64,000 nt of DNA from Candidatus Pacebacteria bacterium GW2011_GWA1_46_10 (GTDB lineage: Bacteria > Patescibacteriota > Microgenomatia > UBA1400 > PJMF01), in NCBI GenBank assembly GCA_001002135.1, contig LCLP01000001.1:142108-206107 (forward strand), read 5' to 3'. Both the position numbers and the translations under genes were made by a program. Below the pieces are notes generated by a model. The model searched no databases and was not told the DNA's origin. It saw only the letters and a list, made by a program, of their open reading frames with translations. This document shows positions 31,060-42,250 of the stretch, one piece after another (position 1 is the first letter of the stretch; the number at the start of each line of letters is the position of its first letter).

Positions 31060-31089
31060 CCATTCCTTTTTGCCAGCTTTTGAACGACT

Positions 31090-32046
31090 ATGTTAGACGC
31101 AATCTTTGCGACCAAATTGGGCATGACACAAGCCTGGTCCAAAAACGGCAAGAGATTGGCTGTAACCCGCTGTAAAGCTGATAGTAATATCATCATTGGT
31201 CAGCAGGAAACCTCGGTTACAGACAAGACTTCCCGTATTTGGCATCAACAACCTCAAACTATTTTGGAGGTTGGTTTTGGTATGAAGAAACAGAAAAATA
31301 TGAAAAAACCGCTCAAGACCCGTCTTACCAAGAGCGGTTTTTCTTTTGGGGTGCGCCAAATTAAGGGAATCCGCCACGAAATTAATGAAGAGTCTCCGTT
31401 AAAAGCCGGAGACTCGCTGTCTTTGGGCCAAGTTTTGGCGGTGGGAGATGTGGTCAAAGTCCAGGGTGTCAGTAAGGGCCACGGTTTTGCCGGGGCGATG
31501 AAGCGGCACGGATTCCACGGCGGGCCAGCTACCCACGGTCAATCGGATCGGGCGCGGGCTGTTGGAGCGATTGGCGCTCATACCTACCCAGGCAGAACTT
31601 GGCCTGGTCAACGGATGCCGGGTCACTACGGAGTGGAAACAAAAACAGTCAGTGGTTTGGTGGTACTCCATATTGACCCAGTCAACAAAGAAGTGTGGTT
31701 GTCAGGGCCAGTGCCAGGTGCCAATACCTCGATCGTCAAGATTGAAAAAACCGGTCAGAAAAAAACAGTGGAGCTTGACTTAGTAGCGATGGGTTTGGCG
31801 TCGGAGGAGGCAGTAAAAGAAGAGACCACCAAAGAGCCAGTCGAAGAGAAAGTTGAAGAAACAGGAACAGCGAAGGTCGAAGAAAAGACAGAGGCGAAAA
31901 AAGTTAAAGAAAAAGCCGGGGAAACAGAGAAAGAAAAAGAAACTGTAAAGTCAGAGACCGTTTCTCAGTCAGCGGCCAAAACGGAGACAAAATCAGCCGA
32001 AAAACCAACAAAAACTGAAAAAAAAGAAACAGAATTAAAAAAATAA
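31090..32046 (+). CDS. rplC: 50S protein L3 with charged C-terminal tail
   Basis: KLGMTQ, SKGHGFAGAMKRHGF, RMPGHYG. Confidence 0.97.
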   Translation: MLDAIFATKLGMTQAWSKNGKRLAVTRCKADSNIIIGQQETSVTDKTSRIWHQQPQTILEVGFGMKKQKNMKKPLKTRLTKSGFSFGVRQIKGIRHEINEESPLKAGDSLSLGQVLAVGDVVKVQGVSKGHGFAGAMKRHGFHGGPATHGQSDRARAVGAIGAHTYPGRTWPGQRMPGHYGVETKTVSGLVVLHIDPVNKEVWLSGPVPGANTSIVKIEKTGQKKTVELDLVAMGLASEEAVKEETTKEPVEEKVEETGTAKVEEKTEAKKVKEKAGETEKEKETVKSETVSQSAAKTETKSAEKPTKTEKKETELKK

Positions 32047-32053
32047 ATAAATT

Positions 32054-32845
32054 ATGAAGCTTACAGTAATTACCCCTACCAGCAAATCAAGCTCGATCGA
32101 AGTGAGCAATCAGGTGTTTGGCCAAAAAGCTAACCCACAGCTGCTGGCTCAGGCAGTGCGCGTGTATCTGTCGAACCTGCGTCAAGGAACCAGCAAGGTC
32201 AAGACTCGCTCCGAGATTAACCGCACTCACGCCAAGTGGTATCGTCAAAAAGGGACTGGTAACGCTCGACATGGTTCCAAAAATGCGCCGATTTTTGTCG
32301 GTGGCGGCATCGCTCATGGCCCCAAGGGTGTCGAGAATTGGGATCGACAGTTGAATCGTAAGATGAAAGCTCAAGCTTTGCGAGTAGCTCTTAGCATGCA
32401 GGTGGAAAAAATTGTAGTAACTGACAACCTCAATGGTTTAAAGGGTAAAACGAAGGAGGCGGCTAAGCTTTTGACGAAGATGTTGGGAACAGACGTGGGT
32501 CGCACTGTCGTGGTGCTGAGTGAAAACTCGTCATTAATGCGGCGAGCGCTCCAGAATATTGATCGGGTTTTACCAGTGGCAGTAGTAGAGTTGACCGCTC
32601 TGCAGGTGGCGCTGGCGGACACCATTGTGTTTAGTAAAAACTCTTTACAAGCGTTGGAAGCAAGGTTGACAGTGAACCAACCAAAAAAAACTGTTGTTGC
32701 TCAGCCGGAAAAAACGGGGCCATCAACCAAAACTGTTAAAAAGGCTGTCGCTAAGAAACCGGCAGTTAAGTTGGCCACCAAAAAATCAACGAGGGTTAGC
32801 AAATCAGTGAGGAAAACTACCCGAAAACGAATAAGCAAGCAGTAA
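32054..32845 (+). CDS. rplD: 50S protein L4 with Lys-rich tail
   Basis: RQKGTGNARHGS, GGGIAHGPK. Confidence 0.97.
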   Translation: MKLTVITPTSKSSSIEVSNQVFGQKANPQLLAQAVRVYLSNLRQGTSKVKTRSEINRTHAKWYRQKGTGNARHGSKNAPIFVGGGIAHGPKGVENWDRQLNRKMKAQALRVALSMQVEKIVVTDNLNGLKGKTKEAAKLLTKMLGTDVGRTVVVLSENSSLMRRALQNIDRVLPVAVVELTALQVALADTIVFSKNSLQALEARLTVNQPKKTVVAQPEKTGPSTKTVKKAVAKKPAVKLATKKSTRVSKSVRKTTRKRISKQ

Positions 32846-32848
32846 ACC

Positions 32849-33148
32849 ATGAATCATAAAATAATCAGAAAACCAGTCGTGACCGAAAAGACCATTGCCA
32901 GGGCTAACAGTGACAATGTTTATACCTTTGAGGTGAGCCGCACGGCGGACAAAAATGCTATCAAAGCGGCTATTGAGGAAACTTATGGGGTGACAGTTTT
33001 GGCGGTCAACAACGTGATGCGGCCAAAAACTCTCAAGCGAACCGGCCAAAAACGATTGACTTCACTGACGCCAAAAACGAAGAAAGCCTTAATCAAACTG
33101 AAGAATGGTGAAACAATTGCCCTTTTTGATGTAGGAGGGAGCAAATAA
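32849..33148 (+). CDS. rplW: 50S protein L23
   Basis: PVVTEK, KKALIKL; synteny. Confidence 0.95.
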   Translation: MNHKIIRKPVVTEKTIARANSDNVYTFEVSRTADKNAIKAAIEETYGVTVLAVNNVMRPKTLKRTGQKRLTSLTPKTKKALIKLKNGETIALFDVGGSK

Positions 33149-33982
33149 ATGTTAAAGAAAGTCAAGCCCACCACCGCTGGCAGACGACACCGCATCGACC
33201 TGGTGAACAAGTTGGTTCACAAGGGCAGTCCTGAGCGATCTTTGTTGGCAACAGGTCATAAGAAACGTCAAGGAAGAGGGTATAAGGGCAGGGTGACCAT
33301 GCCGCATCGGGGTGGCGGAGTGAAAAGACGCCTGCGGGTGATTGACTGGCGTCGAGAAAAACACGAGGTGGAAGCCGTGGTCCAGCGTATTGAGTATGAT
33401 CCGATGCGCTCGAGCAATATCGCGCTCTTGTACTACCGAGATGGTGAAAAGCGCTATATCTTAGCTCCATTCGGTTTGAAGGCTGGCGAGGTGGTGGTGG
33501 CTGGCAAACGCGTGGAACCAAAGCCGGGTAATGCGATGCCTTTGAAAAATATCCCGGTTGGTATGCCGATTCATAATCTAGAACTGCGTCCCGGTAAAGG
33601 GGCACAACTAGTGAAAGGGGCTGGGGTTCACGCCTTAATTCAGGCTAAAGAGGGCCGCTATGTGGCAGTGCAGCTGCCGTCCAAAGAGCATCGGTTAATT
33701 TTGGCGGAGTGTTTTGCCACTATTGGTCAGGTTGGCAATCAGGAATGGAAAAGCCGCGTGTTAGGTAAGGCTGGGAGAAAGCGGCTGATGGGAATTCGGC
33801 CGACTGTGCGCGGTACAGCCCAAGATCCCCGTTCTCATCCGCATGGCGGGGGTGAAGGACGTAGTGGAGTCGGTTTGAAGCGACCAAAGACCGCTTGGGG
33901 CAGAAACGTGGCTCCGGGCAAGAAGACGCGGAAAGTAAGCAAGAGTAACAAGTGGCTCGTCAAGAGCAGAAAAGTGAAATAA
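33149..33982 (+). CDS. rplB: 50S protein L2
   Basis: [17 protein letters not shown]. Confidence 0.98.
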   Translation: MLKKVKPTTAGRRHRIDLVNKLVHKGSPERSLLATGHKKRQGRGYKGRVTMPHRGGGVKRRLRVIDWRREKHEVEAVVQRIEYDPMRSSNIALLYYRDGEKRYILAPFGLKAGEVVVAGKRVEPKPGNAMPLKNIPVGMPIHNLELRPGKGAQLVKGAGVHALIQAKEGRYVAVQLPSKEHRLILAECFATIGQVGNQEWKSRVLGKAGRKRLMGIRPTVRGTAQDPRSHPHGGGEGRSGVGLKRPKTAWGRNVAPGKKTRKVSKSNKWLVKSRKVK

Positions 33983-33986
33983 AGCT

Positions 33987-34271
33987 ATGAGTCGATCAAG
34001 TAAAAAAGGACCCTTTATCGAACCAAAGCTGCTCAAAAAAATCATGAAGCAAAAAGCGGCCGGTGATAAAACGCCGATCAAAACTTGGGCTCGCCACAGC
34101 GTGGTTGCCCCCGAGTTTGTCGGTCACACGCTCTTGATCCATCAAGGGAAGAATTTTGTGGAAGTCTTTGTCTCAGAAGCGATGGTCGGACACAAACTCG
34201 GGGAGTTTGCGCCCACCAGAACCTTCCGCGGCCATGGGAGAATCGTTAAACGGGTATTAGCGAAGACGTAA
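33987..34271 (+). CDS. rpsS: 30S protein S19
   Basis: [22 protein letters not shown]. Confidence 0.98.
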   Translation: MSRSSKKGPFIEPKLLKKIMKQKAAGDKTPIKTWARHSVVAPEFVGHTLLIHQGKNFVEVFVSEAMVGHKLGEFAPTRTFRGHGRIVKRVLAKT

Positions 34272-34292
34272 ACTATCGATCATTAAACTGAC

Positions 34293-34769
34293 ATGTTAAT
34301 TACGGCAGAACAAAAAAATACCAGACAATCACCGCGCAAAGTGCGGTTGGTGGTGAATGTGGTGCGCAAAGTGCCGCTGGAGCAAGCGCTCAAGCAGTTG
34401 GCGGTGATGGAAAAGCGCGCGAGTTTGGTAGTGACCAAAGTCATTCGTCAGGCCATTGCTAACGCCTGGCATAATCACCACATTGCGTTTGGTGATTTGA
34501 CCTTGAAGAACATTACCGTCAATGCCGGTCCAGTTTACAAGCGCTGGCAGGCAGTCAGCCGTGGTCGAGCGCACAGTATTTACAAGCGCACGTCACACAT
34601 CAAGGTAGTGTTGGAAACAAAGGCGGCCGATACACCAGTGGCTGTGAAACCAGCTGTTAGTGACACTGCAGTCAGCAAGCAGCCGGGACCAGCAATCGCG
34701 CCCAAAAAAACGGCGAAAAACAAACCAAAGCAATCAACAGTAACAAGTCAAACACAGAGGGCAAAGTAA
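34293..34769 (+). CDS. rplV: 50S protein L22
   Basis: SPRKVRLV, SRGRA..KRTSHI. Confidence 0.96.
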   Translation: MLITAEQKNTRQSPRKVRLVVNVVRKVPLEQALKQLAVMEKRASLVVTKVIRQAIANAWHNHHIAFGDLTLKNITVNAGPVYKRWQAVSRGRAHSIYKRTSHIKVVLETKAADTPVAVKPAVSDTAVSKQPGPAIAPKKTAKNKPKQSTVTSQTQRAK

Positions 34770-34773
34770 CATC

Positions 34774-35424
34774 ATGGGACAAAAAGTTAATCCAACCGGC
34801 TTTAGATTAGGCAATATTTTCTCCTGGAAATCGCGTTGGTTTGCCAAGCCTGAGGAGTATTCGGATAAAGTCTTGGAAGATCACCGGCTGCGCGAGTACT
34901 TCAACCAGAAATTATCCAACGCTGGTTTAGTACAAGTAGATATTGAGCGCTCGATCAGTAAGCTGCGGATTGTCTTAAATGTCTCTCGCCCAGGTGTGGT
35001 GATCGGTAAAGGTGGGGCAAATTTGGAAGAGATTAAAAAGGAAGTGGAGCGGATTTTAAACGTTTCAAAGACGAAAAAAGAACAGGTTCATGTGGATCTA
35101 AAAGTGGAAGAAGTAAAAAACCCTGATTTGAGTGCCAAATTAGTGGCTGAACGAATTATCAATCAGCTGATCGGCCGCTATCCACATCGTCGGGCGGTCA
35201 GTCAGGCACTGGAAAAAGTGATGGCAGCAGGAGCGAAAGGTGTTAAAATTCAGCTTTCCGGCCGCATCGGTGGAACAGAAATTGGTCGCACGGAAAAATA
35301 CTTCCAGGGTAGTATTCCGACGCAAACCCTGCGGGCTAATATTGATTATTTCGAGGCTCCGGCCAAGACTCGCTCAGGGTATGTTGGGGTTAAGGTCTGG
35401 ATTTACCGAGGAGAAGTGGTTTAA
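34774..35424 (+). CDS. rpsC: 30S protein S3
   Basis: MGQKVNP.GFRLG, GVKVWIY. Confidence 0.98.
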   Translation: MGQKVNPTGFRLGNIFSWKSRWFAKPEEYSDKVLEDHRLREYFNQKLSNAGLVQVDIERSISKLRIVLNVSRPGVVIGKGGANLEEIKKEVERILNVSKTKKEQVHVDLKVEEVKNPDLSAKLVAERIINQLIGRYPHRRAVSQALEKVMAAGAKGVKIQLSGRIGGTEIGRTEKYFQGSIPTQTLRANIDYFEAPAKTRSGYVGVKVWIYRGEVV

Positions 35425-35451
35425 GAAAGAATTTGAGGAATTAAAAACACT

Positions 35452-35856
35452 ATGTTGCAGCCGAAAAAATCAAAATACCGCAAGCAGTTTCGAGGGAAGA
35501 ACCGCGGCAAAGCCTATCGTGGCAATGAGTTAGCGTTTGCCGAGTTTGGCCTCAAAGCCGTCACCGGCGGTTGGGTCTCAGCCAGAGAGATCGAGGCGGC
35601 CCGTAAAAAAATCACCTATGTCACCGAGCGGGTGGGTCGATACTGGATCCGAGTTTTTCCGGATAAGCCGATCACTCGAAAACCGGTGGGGGTGAAGATG
35701 GGTTCTGGCAAAGGTGCGATTGAAGGCTACGTGGCGGTGGTGAAACCAGGCATGATCTTATTTGAGTTGAGCGGGGTGACGGAAGAAATGGCTCGCTCTT
35801 CGTTTGAAAAAGCTGGTCACAAATTGTCGGTCAAAACCGTGATGGTCAAGAAGTAA
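35452..35856 (+). CDS. rplP: 50S protein L16
   Basis: MLQPKK.KYRK, WIRVFPDKP, MGSGKG. Confidence 0.98.
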   Translation: MLQPKKSKYRKQFRGKNRGKAYRGNELAFAEFGLKAVTGGWVSAREIEAARKKITYVTERVGRYWIRVFPDKPITRKPVGVKMGSGKGAIEGYVAVVKPGMILFELSGVTEEMARSSFEKAGHKLSVKTVMVKK

Positions 35857-35868
35857 CAGTGAGTATGT

Positions 35869-36117
35869 ATGAAGAAACAAGAGAGACAAACACTGACTGA
35901 GAAAACCAGCGCCGAGCTTGTAAAGCTGCAAGTTGAACTACAACAACAGCTGACCAAGGCGCAGCTGGAAAAAAAGGCTGGCAAACTGAGTAACACCAGT
36001 TCAGTCAAAATGTTGGCTGACGATTTGGCCAGAGTCAAAACCGTGCTGCGACAGCAAGCCCTGACGGCGAGCAATGATCAAAAGGTAGGTAAAAAACAAG
36101 AAAGCAAAAAGGAATGA
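35869..36117 (+). CDS. rpmC: 50S protein L29
   Basis: DLARVKTVL; synteny. Confidence 0.88.
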   Translation: MKKQERQTLTEKTSAELVKLQVELQQQLTKAQLEKKAGKLSNTSSVKMLADDLARVKTVLRQQALTASNDQKVGKKQESKKE

Positions 36118-36347
36118 GAACACTGCAAGGAATGGTCACCGCTTTAAAAAGAGAAAAAACCGCCACGGTAGTGGTCACTCGTTTATGGCGTCATCCTCTC
36201 TATCAGAAATCAGTCAAGCGCAGTAAGAAATATGCTTGTCACTGGGAAAACATGGAGTTGAAGGTGGGTGACTTAGTAGAGATCGCCGAGACCAGACCAA
36301 TCAGCAAAACGAAACGATTTATCATTACGAAAAAAATAAAGACCTAA
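36114..36347 (+). CDS. rpsQ: 30S protein S17
   Basis: [16 protein letters not shown]. Confidence 0.96.
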   Translation: MRTLQGMVTALKREKTATVVVTRLWRHPLYQKSVKRSKKYACHWENMELKVGDLVEIAETRPISKTKRFIITKKIKT

Positions 36348-36348
36348 C

Positions 36349-36723
36349 ATGATACAACTACGATCAGTCCTTCCAGTAGCTGATAACAGCGGCGCCAAAA
36401 AGCTGCGGGTGATTCAAGTCTATGGTGGTTCACGTCGCCGCTTTGGTTCTGTGGGCGATGTAGTGATGGCTTCAGTGATTGACGCCGATCCGAACAGTCC
36501 AGTTGCCAAGGGCTCAAAAGTCCAGGCGGTGATTGTCCGAACGAAAAAGGAAAAACGCCGCGCGTCGGGTGAATATATCCGCTTTGATGATAACGCGGCC
36601 GTCATTATTTTATCCCGTACGCAGCTTGATCCAGTCGGCACTCGGGTTTTTGGGCCGATCGCGCGGGAAGTAAAAGAAAATGGCTTCCACAAAATTGCCA
36701 GTTTGGCACAGGAGGTCTTGTAA
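36349..36723 (+). CDS. rplN: 50S protein L14
   Basis: [23 protein letters not shown]. Confidence 0.98.
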   Translation: MIQLRSVLPVADNSGAKKLRVIQVYGGSRRRFGSVGDVVMASVIDADPNSPVAKGSKVQAVIVRTKKEKRRASGEYIRFDDNAAVIILSRTQLDPVGTRVFGPIAREVKENGFHKIASLAQEVL

Positions 36724-36725
36724 CT

Positions 36726-37073
36726 ATGAAATTAATGGTTGGTGATACAGTACTGATTACGGCGGGTAAGGATCGCGGCAAAAAAGGCGAGATCATTCGG
36801 GTAATACCAAAAAAAAGGTTGGTGGTGGTGGCGGGCATAAACTTATACACCAGACACGTTAAACCCTATGCCGGCCGGTCAGGTGAAAAAACTACCCGTG
36901 AGCGACCACTGCCACTCTCGAAAGTGGCGATCATCAATGAGAAGGGTCAACCAGATAGAGTGGGTTACGTGGTCACTAAGGATGGCAAGAAACAGCGAGT
37001 CTTTCGTAAAACCGGCACCGTTATTGCAGTCAAGCCAGCCGCGTCGAAAGGGAAAAAGGCCGCGAAAAAGTAA
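36726..37073 (+). CDS. rplX: 50S protein L24
   Basis: GDTV..TAGKDRGK.G KOW motif. Confidence 0.96.
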   Translation: MKLMVGDTVLITAGKDRGKKGEIIRVIPKKRLVVVAGINLYTRHVKPYAGRSGEKTTRERPLPLSKVAIINEKGQPDRVGYVVTKDGKKQRVFRKTGTVIAVKPAASKGKKAAKK

Positions 37074-37117
37074 AAAATAAAAGCTATTTGAGAAAAATAA
37101 TTTGAGAAGATAAAAAT

Positions 37118-37690
37118 ATGAATCGACTGAAGGAAAAATACCAACAGACAGTTAGACCAGCTCTTCAAACAGAGTTTAATCACGACAATCCGCTTGCCGC
37201 CGCTCGCATTACCAAAGTGACGGTGAATATGGGAGTGACTCGTCCCGTTGAGGCCAGTGAGCGGGAGAAAGTGGTGGAGAATGTGGTGAAACAATTTGCA
37301 GTGATTACCGGTCAGCATCCGCAAGTGACTAAAGCCAAAAAGGCAGTCGCTGATTTCAAGTTGCACCAAGGTGATCCGCTGGGCGTGATGGTGACCCTGC
37401 GGGGCGAGAAAATGTGGGAGTTTTTGGATAAATTGGTCTCGATCACCCTGCCGCGAGTCAAAGACTTTCGCGGTATTTCAAAGCAGGCCTTTGACGGCCA
37501 GGGAAATTATAGTTTGGGTTTGGAAGAGCAGATCGTGTTTCCCGAAATTGACTATGACCAAATCGAAAGTGTGAGAGGGTTACAAGTGAATATTGGGACG
37601 AGTACCAAAAGTGATCAGGAAGCCCTCCGAATGTTGGAGTTGTTGGGTTTCCCGTTTGAAAAAGAAGAAATAAATCAGGAAGGAAAGTAA
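37118..37690 (+). CDS. rplE: 50S protein L5
   Basis: [21 protein letters not shown]. Confidence 0.98.
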   Translation: MNRLKEKYQQTVRPALQTEFNHDNPLAAARITKVTVNMGVTRPVEASEREKVVENVVKQFAVITGQHPQVTKAKKAVADFKLHQGDPLGVMVTLRGEKMWEFLDKLVSITLPRVKDFRGISKQAFDGQGNYSLGLEEQIVFPEIDYDQIESVRGLQVNIGTSTKSDQEALRMLELLGFPFEKEEINQEGK

Positions 37691-37701
37691 GGGTAAAGCA
37701 T

Positions 37702-37932
37702 ATGGCAACTAAAGCAAAAATTGCGCAAACAAAGCGACAACTAGCAGCTCGAGAGCGGTATCTTAAGTCAGGGCTTAAAAAGCCAAATCGTATCGCCACT
37801 CGTGGAGTGCATCGGGATAAATTGACCGGTCGACCGCGCGGCTACATGCGCTACTTTGGCTTAAGTAGAATTACCTTCCGAGAACTGGCGCTCAAAGGTG
37901 AGTTGCCGGGAGTAGTAAAGGCAAGCAAATAA
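37702..37932 (+). CDS. rpsN: 30S protein S14, zinc-free form
   Basis: [24 protein letters not shown]; no Cys. Confidence 0.95.
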   Translation: MATKAKIAQTKRQLAARERYLKSGLKKPNRIATRGVHRDKLTGRPRGYMRYFGLSRITFRELALKGELPGVVKASK

Positions 37933-38321
37933 TGACAGATCCGATCGCAGACATGCTCACCAGAATCAAAAACGCGCTGCTGGCGCGGCATAAGGAAGTG
38001 GTGATTCCTCACTCTAAGGTGAAGGAAGCTATCGCTCAGATTTTGGTCAAAAACAACTATGTCACTGAAGCCAAAGTGGTAAAACGACAACCACAGTCCG
38101 CGTTGGTATTAACACTTGGTTACGAGCAGAAATGGCCTAAGATCACTGGGGTAAAGCGGATTTCCAAGCCGGGTCGGCGGCTCTATACCCCGGCCAGCCG
38201 AATTCCGGCGGCCCTCAACGGGTACGGCATCACCATTGTATCAACCAGTAAGGGATTATTAACCGATAAACAGGCGCGCCAGCTCAATGTTGGTGGCGAG
38301 CTAATTTGTCAGATTTGGTAA
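37932..38321 (+). CDS. rpsH: 30S protein S8
   Basis: DPIADMLTRIKN, SKPGRRLY, VGGELIC. Confidence 0.98.
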   Translation: MTDPIADMLTRIKNALLARHKEVVIPHSKVKEAIAQILVKNNYVTEAKVVKRQPQSALVLTLGYEQKWPKITGVKRISKPGRRLYTPASRIPAALNGYGITIVSTSKGLLTDKQARQLNVGGELICQIW

Positions 38322-38327
38322 GGAAGA

Positions 38328-38876
38328 ATGTCAAAAATCGGCAGAACACCAATCAGCTTACCGCAGGGAGTGACCGCTACGATCACCTCTACGGCGGTCG
38401 TGATTAAGGGGCCCAAAGGGGAATTGACAGTGACACTGCTACCGGGAATCACGGTCAAACAGGAGGGCAATGAACTAGTGGTGACTCGTCAGAGTGACGC
38501 CCGCCAGCAGCGCGCCAATCACGGTTTGATTCGCAGTTTACTAGCTAACAATGTCCAGGGAGTGACTGAAGGCTACAAGAAAACTCTAAAGTTGGTGGGA
38601 ACGGGTTATCGGGTGAGTGTCAAAGGAGCAGGACTCTCAGTGACGGTTGGTTTTTCTCATCCAGTGGAGATCGAGCCGGTGCCAGGGATTACTTTGTCAG
38701 CTGAAGGGAACGACACTATTCAGGTGGAGGGCTTTGATAAACAATTAGTTGGTCAAGTAGCGGCTAATATTCGCGCCATTCGACCACCCGAGCCTTATCA
38801 GGGTAAAGGGATTCGTTACGAAGCTGAGGTAGTCAGAAAGAAACCAGGAAAAACTGTCACGGCCGCCGCCGCTTAA
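38328..38876 (+). CDS. rplF: 50S protein L6
   Basis: MSKIGR.P, RPPEPYQGKGIRY. Confidence 0.98.
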   Translation: MSKIGRTPISLPQGVTATITSTAVVIKGPKGELTVTLLPGITVKQEGNELVVTRQSDARQQRANHGLIRSLLANNVQGVTEGYKKTLKLVGTGYRVSVKGAGLSVTVGFSHPVEIEPVPGITLSAEGNDTIQVEGFDKQLVGQVAANIRAIRPPEPYQGKGIRYEAEVVRKKPGKTVTAAAA

Positions 38877-38882
38877 TAAACC

Positions 38883-39242
38883 ATGTCAAAAATCAGACAC
38901 AATACAACACGAGTAGAGAGAAAAATCGCCCGCATTCGCGGCAAGCTGTTTGGCACACCACAGCGCCCGCGGTTGACGATTACTCGTTCGCAACAACACC
39001 TTTGGCTACAGGTGGTGGACGATGAACAGCAGATCACGGTAGTATCAGCCAGTGATGTGGGTAAAAAAACCAAGCTTACCGGTACTAAAAGTGAGCGAGC
39101 AACTCAGGTGGCTCAAGATTTACTGAAAAAACTACAAAAGGCCAAGATTAAAAAGTTGGTGTTAGATCGCGGGCCGTACAAATACCACGGCCGCATTAAA
39201 GCAGTAGCAATAGTCCTTCGTGAGGGGGGAATAGAGGTATAA
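38883..39242 (+). CDS. rplR: 50S protein L18
   Basis: RPRL..RS, DRGPYKYHGRIKA. Confidence 0.96.
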   Translation: MSKIRHNTTRVERKIARIRGKLFGTPQRPRLTITRSQQHLWLQVVDDEQQITVVSASDVGKKTKLTGTKSERATQVAQDLLKKLQKAKIKKLVLDRGPYKYHGRIKAVAIVLREGGIEV

Positions 39243-39247
39243 GTCCT

Positions 39248-39880
39248 ATGTTTGAAACAGCGCGTCATACACCGGAAGCCAAGGAATTTGAAGAAAAAGT
39301 GATTCAGATCTCTCGGGTATCCAAAAAAACCAAGGGCGGTAACCAAGCCGGTTTTTCCGTGCTGATGGTGGTCGGTGATAAAAAAGGCAAGGTTGGTTTA
39401 GGGTTGGGGAAAGCTGGTGACGTATTGTCGGCTATCAAAAAAGGCATCAAAAAAGCTAAGAAAAAGATGATCACCGTGCCCCTGGACGGGACGACGATTC
39501 CTTTCAAGATGGAAGTTAAAGAAGGTGCTGGTCGGGTACTCCTCAAGCCCGCTCCCAAGGGGACCGGAGTGATTGCCGGCGGTCCGGTCAGAGCGGTGGT
39601 GGAAGCGGCTGGTATTCGCGATATTTCCGCCAAGATTTTGGGCAGTGAAAATCAGGCCTCCAGTGTTTACACGACCTTCAAGGCACTGGCGCACATGCAG
39701 CGGCTGGTACGTATTAAAGGGATTAAACTGCGCTCGATTGTGGAGATTGAACGAGAAGAAAAAGAGAAAATGAAGAAATTGCAGGAGAAAGCCAGAGCGC
39801 AAATGCCCGCACCGGCCGAAATTACTCCAGCCAAACCCAGTAAAAAACAGGCTCAAAGAGTGAAGGCAAATCGAAAGTAA
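39248..39880 (+). CDS. rpsE: 30S protein S5
   Basis: [21 protein letters not shown]. Confidence 0.97.
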   Translation: MFETARHTPEAKEFEEKVIQISRVSKKTKGGNQAGFSVLMVVGDKKGKVGLGLGKAGDVLSAIKKGIKKAKKKMITVPLDGTTIPFKMEVKEGAGRVLLKPAPKGTGVIAGGPVRAVVEAAGIRDISAKILGSENQASSVYTTFKALAHMQRLVRIKGIKLRSIVEIEREEKEKMKKLQEKARAQMPAPAEITPAKPSKKQAQRVKANRK

Positions 39881-39882
39881 TC

Positions 39883-40320
39883 ATGTCTTTATTACACCAA
39901 CTCACCAAAATCATGGTTCCTGGCCAGAAGCGCTTGGGGAGGGGGTATGGCTCTGGGAAAGGTGGTCACACGGTTGGCCGTGGTCAAAAAGGTCAAAAAT
40001 CCCGCAAAGGGAAGCCGATTCCGTTGTGGTTTGAGGGCGGTCAACTGCCGGGCGTGAAAAAATACCCGATGATCAGAGGCAAGAGTCGCTTTAGTGTGTT
40101 AACGCCGACAGCTGAAATTACGCTGACTGATTTGGAGAAACTGTCAACCAATATGGTTACTTTGGAGACTTTAAAACTACACAAGGTGATTGACCGACGC
40201 TTTAAAAAGGCCAAGATTATTTATAACGGCAAACTGACTAAAAAGCGTCAGATTAAAGGAATCTTAATCTCTGCCAAAGCTCGACAAGCGGTTGAGAAGC
40301 TTGGCGGATCGGTAGAATAA
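39883..40320 (+). CDS. rplO: 50S protein L15
   Basis: [17 protein letters not shown]. Confidence 0.97.
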   Translation: MSLLHQLTKIMVPGQKRLGRGYGSGKGGHTVGRGQKGQKSRKGKPIPLWFEGGQLPGVKKYPMIRGKSRFSVLTPTAEITLTDLEKLSTNMVTLETLKLHKVIDRRFKKAKIIYNGKLTKKRQIKGILISAKARQAVEKLGGSVE

Positions 40321-40325
40321 TAGGT

Positions 40326-41612
40326 GTGTTAGAAACTGCACTGCAAAAAATTCGAGCGATTTTTACTCATCCGGAGCTACGCCGTAAACTGTTGTTTACT
40401 GCCGGTATTTTTCTCATTTTCCGTTTATTGGCTCATATCCCGGTGCCGGGAGTTGATGTGGCTCGGTTGCAACAATTGTTTGCCGGCAATCAATTCCTGA
40501 GTTTACTGAATATTTTTGCTGGTGGGACCCTAGCCAACTTTTCATTGGTGGCGGTGGGTATCAACCCCTATATTACTGCCTCGATCGTCATTCAACTGGC
40601 TGGGATGGTGTTCCCATCCATCAAGGAGTTACAGAAAGAGGGTGAGTCTGGCCGGGCGAAGCTCAATCAGTACACTCGTCTCTTGACTGTGCCGTTTGCC
40701 ATTGCCCAAAGTATTTCGATTATCGCGCTTTTAAATTCTCAGGGCTTGCTGATTGCTCAGCACGTTTTGGTAATGGCGGCCATGGTACTCTCGATGATCG
40801 CCGGAGCGATGATCATGCTTTGGCTTGGTGAATTGGTTTCGGAATATGGTCTGGGGAATGGTATTTCGATGGTGTTGTTTGCCGGCATTGTCAGCCAGAT
40901 GCCAGTGGCGGTCGGACAAACCTTAGCGGTAGTCACCTCACAGGAAGTGCTGACACTCTTGACCTTTGGCGGTATTTTCTTGGGGTTAATTGCTTTAATC
41001 GTCTTCATTAATGAGGCAGTGAGAAAGGTACAGATTCAGTATGCCAAACGCATCCGGGCTGGCAAACTGTTTGGCGGACAGACCACTCACCTGCCCATCA
41101 GGGTTAACGTCGCCGGGGTGATGCCGATTATTTTTGCCGTGACCTTGATGCTGGCTCCGTCGTTTGTGGGCCGGGTGATGGCCGCCTCTAGTAACCCAAC
41201 CCTGATTACTTGGGGTCAGCGACTCTCACTGTGGTTTCAGCAAACTTCACCGGTTTATTTGATTGCCTACTTTTTACTCGTTTTCGGTTTTACCTATTTC
41301 TCAGCGCTGATCTTTTTTAACGCCGGAGATATTTCAGAGGAGTTGAAAAAAAGCGGGGCTTTTGTACCTGGGATTCGGCCTGGCGGCGCGACCAAGAAAT
41401 TTTTGGAGTATGTGGTGGTCAGGATTACTTTGGTGGGGGCCGTTTTTTTGGGGGTAATTGCGCTGCTGCCATCATTAGCTCAGATCTTGACAGGTTTGCA
41501 GTCATTGGCAATTGGCGGCACCAGTGTTTTAATTGTGGTTTCGGTCATTTTGGAGACTGCTAAACAAGTAGAAAGTATGCTCGTTGGTCAAGACTATCAA
41601 AAGTATCAATAA
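40326..41612 (+). CDS. secY: Preprotein translocase SecY
   Basis: GINPYITASI, GLGNGIS, AGVMPIIFA, IRPG. Confidence 0.98.
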   Translation: MLETALQKIRAIFTHPELRRKLLFTAGIFLIFRLLAHIPVPGVDVARLQQLFAGNQFLSLLNIFAGGTLANFSLVAVGINPYITASIVIQLAGMVFPSIKELQKEGESGRAKLNQYTRLLTVPFAIAQSISIIALLNSQGLLIAQHVLVMAAMVLSMIAGAMIMLWLGELVSEYGLGNGISMVLFAGIVSQMPVAVGQTLAVVTSQEVLTLLTFGGIFLGLIALIVFINEAVRKVQIQYAKRIRAGKLFGGQTTHLPIRVNVAGVMPIIFAVTLMLAPSFVGRVMAASSNPTLITWGQRLSLWFQQTSPVYLIAYFLLVFGFTYFSALIFFNAGDISEELKKSGAFVPGIRPGGATKKFLEYVVVRITLVGAVFLGVIALLPSLAQILTGLQSLAIGGTSVLIVVSVILETAKQVESMLVGQDYQKYQ

Positions 41613-41632
41613 CCACCGGGAAGGAAAAAAGC

Positions 41633-42184
41633 ATGAAAATTGTTTTAGTGGGCATTCAGGGGGCGGGTAAATCCACCCAGGGTAACATGATGTCAGAGAA
41701 GTTGGGTGTTCCATATCTCTCGTCAGGCCATATTTTCCGCGAGATGACCAAAGAAAAAACCAAGCTTGGTCGCTGGCTCAAAGAAACGCTCAATTCCGGT
41801 GCGCTGGTGCCAGATGACACAGCTGTTGAGATTGTGATGGAGTATTTGAGCAAACCAGAGTATCAAAACGGCTATATCCTTGACGGCTTTCCGCGCACCA
41901 AGGCTCAAGCTGAAGTCTTGGACGGAGTGATTGATATGGTTTTTTTGATTGATGTCTCGGATAAAGAAGCCCTGTGGCGAATTTCTGGTCGAGTGAGTGA
42001 TCGGGAAGATGAAACGCTCCAGGCTATCCGCAAGCGGATTGCTCTTTTTCACGAGCTGACGAGTGAAGTCTTGGATTTTTATGACAAGGAGAGTAAGTTA
42101 GTCAAGATCAATGGTGAACAGACGGTTGAGGAGGTTTTTGCCGAGATTATGGCGGCGGTGGAGCGTTTTAAAACTCAGGCTTAG
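41633..42184 (+). CDS. adk: Adenylate kinase (short LID)
   Basis: GIQGAGKSTQ, LVPDD, ILDGFPRT. Confidence 0.92.
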   Translation: MKIVLVGIQGAGKSTQGNMMSEKLGVPYLSSGHIFREMTKEKTKLGRWLKETLNSGALVPDDTAVEIVMEYLSKPEYQNGYILDGFPRTKAQAEVLDGVIDMVFLIDVSDKEALWRISGRVSDREDETLQAIRKRIALFHELTSEVLDFYDKESKLVKINGEQTVEEVFAEIMAAVERFKTQA

Positions 42185-42250
42185 TAGAGCCCCTGGGTTG
42201 TGACAAACACCGCTACATCTGGTATAATCGCAACCTATCACTGAGAGGAT

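Noticed and set aside
39880-39883. Absence of rpmD (L30)
   Set aside because: Established CPR-wide trait; used for taxonomy, not novel.
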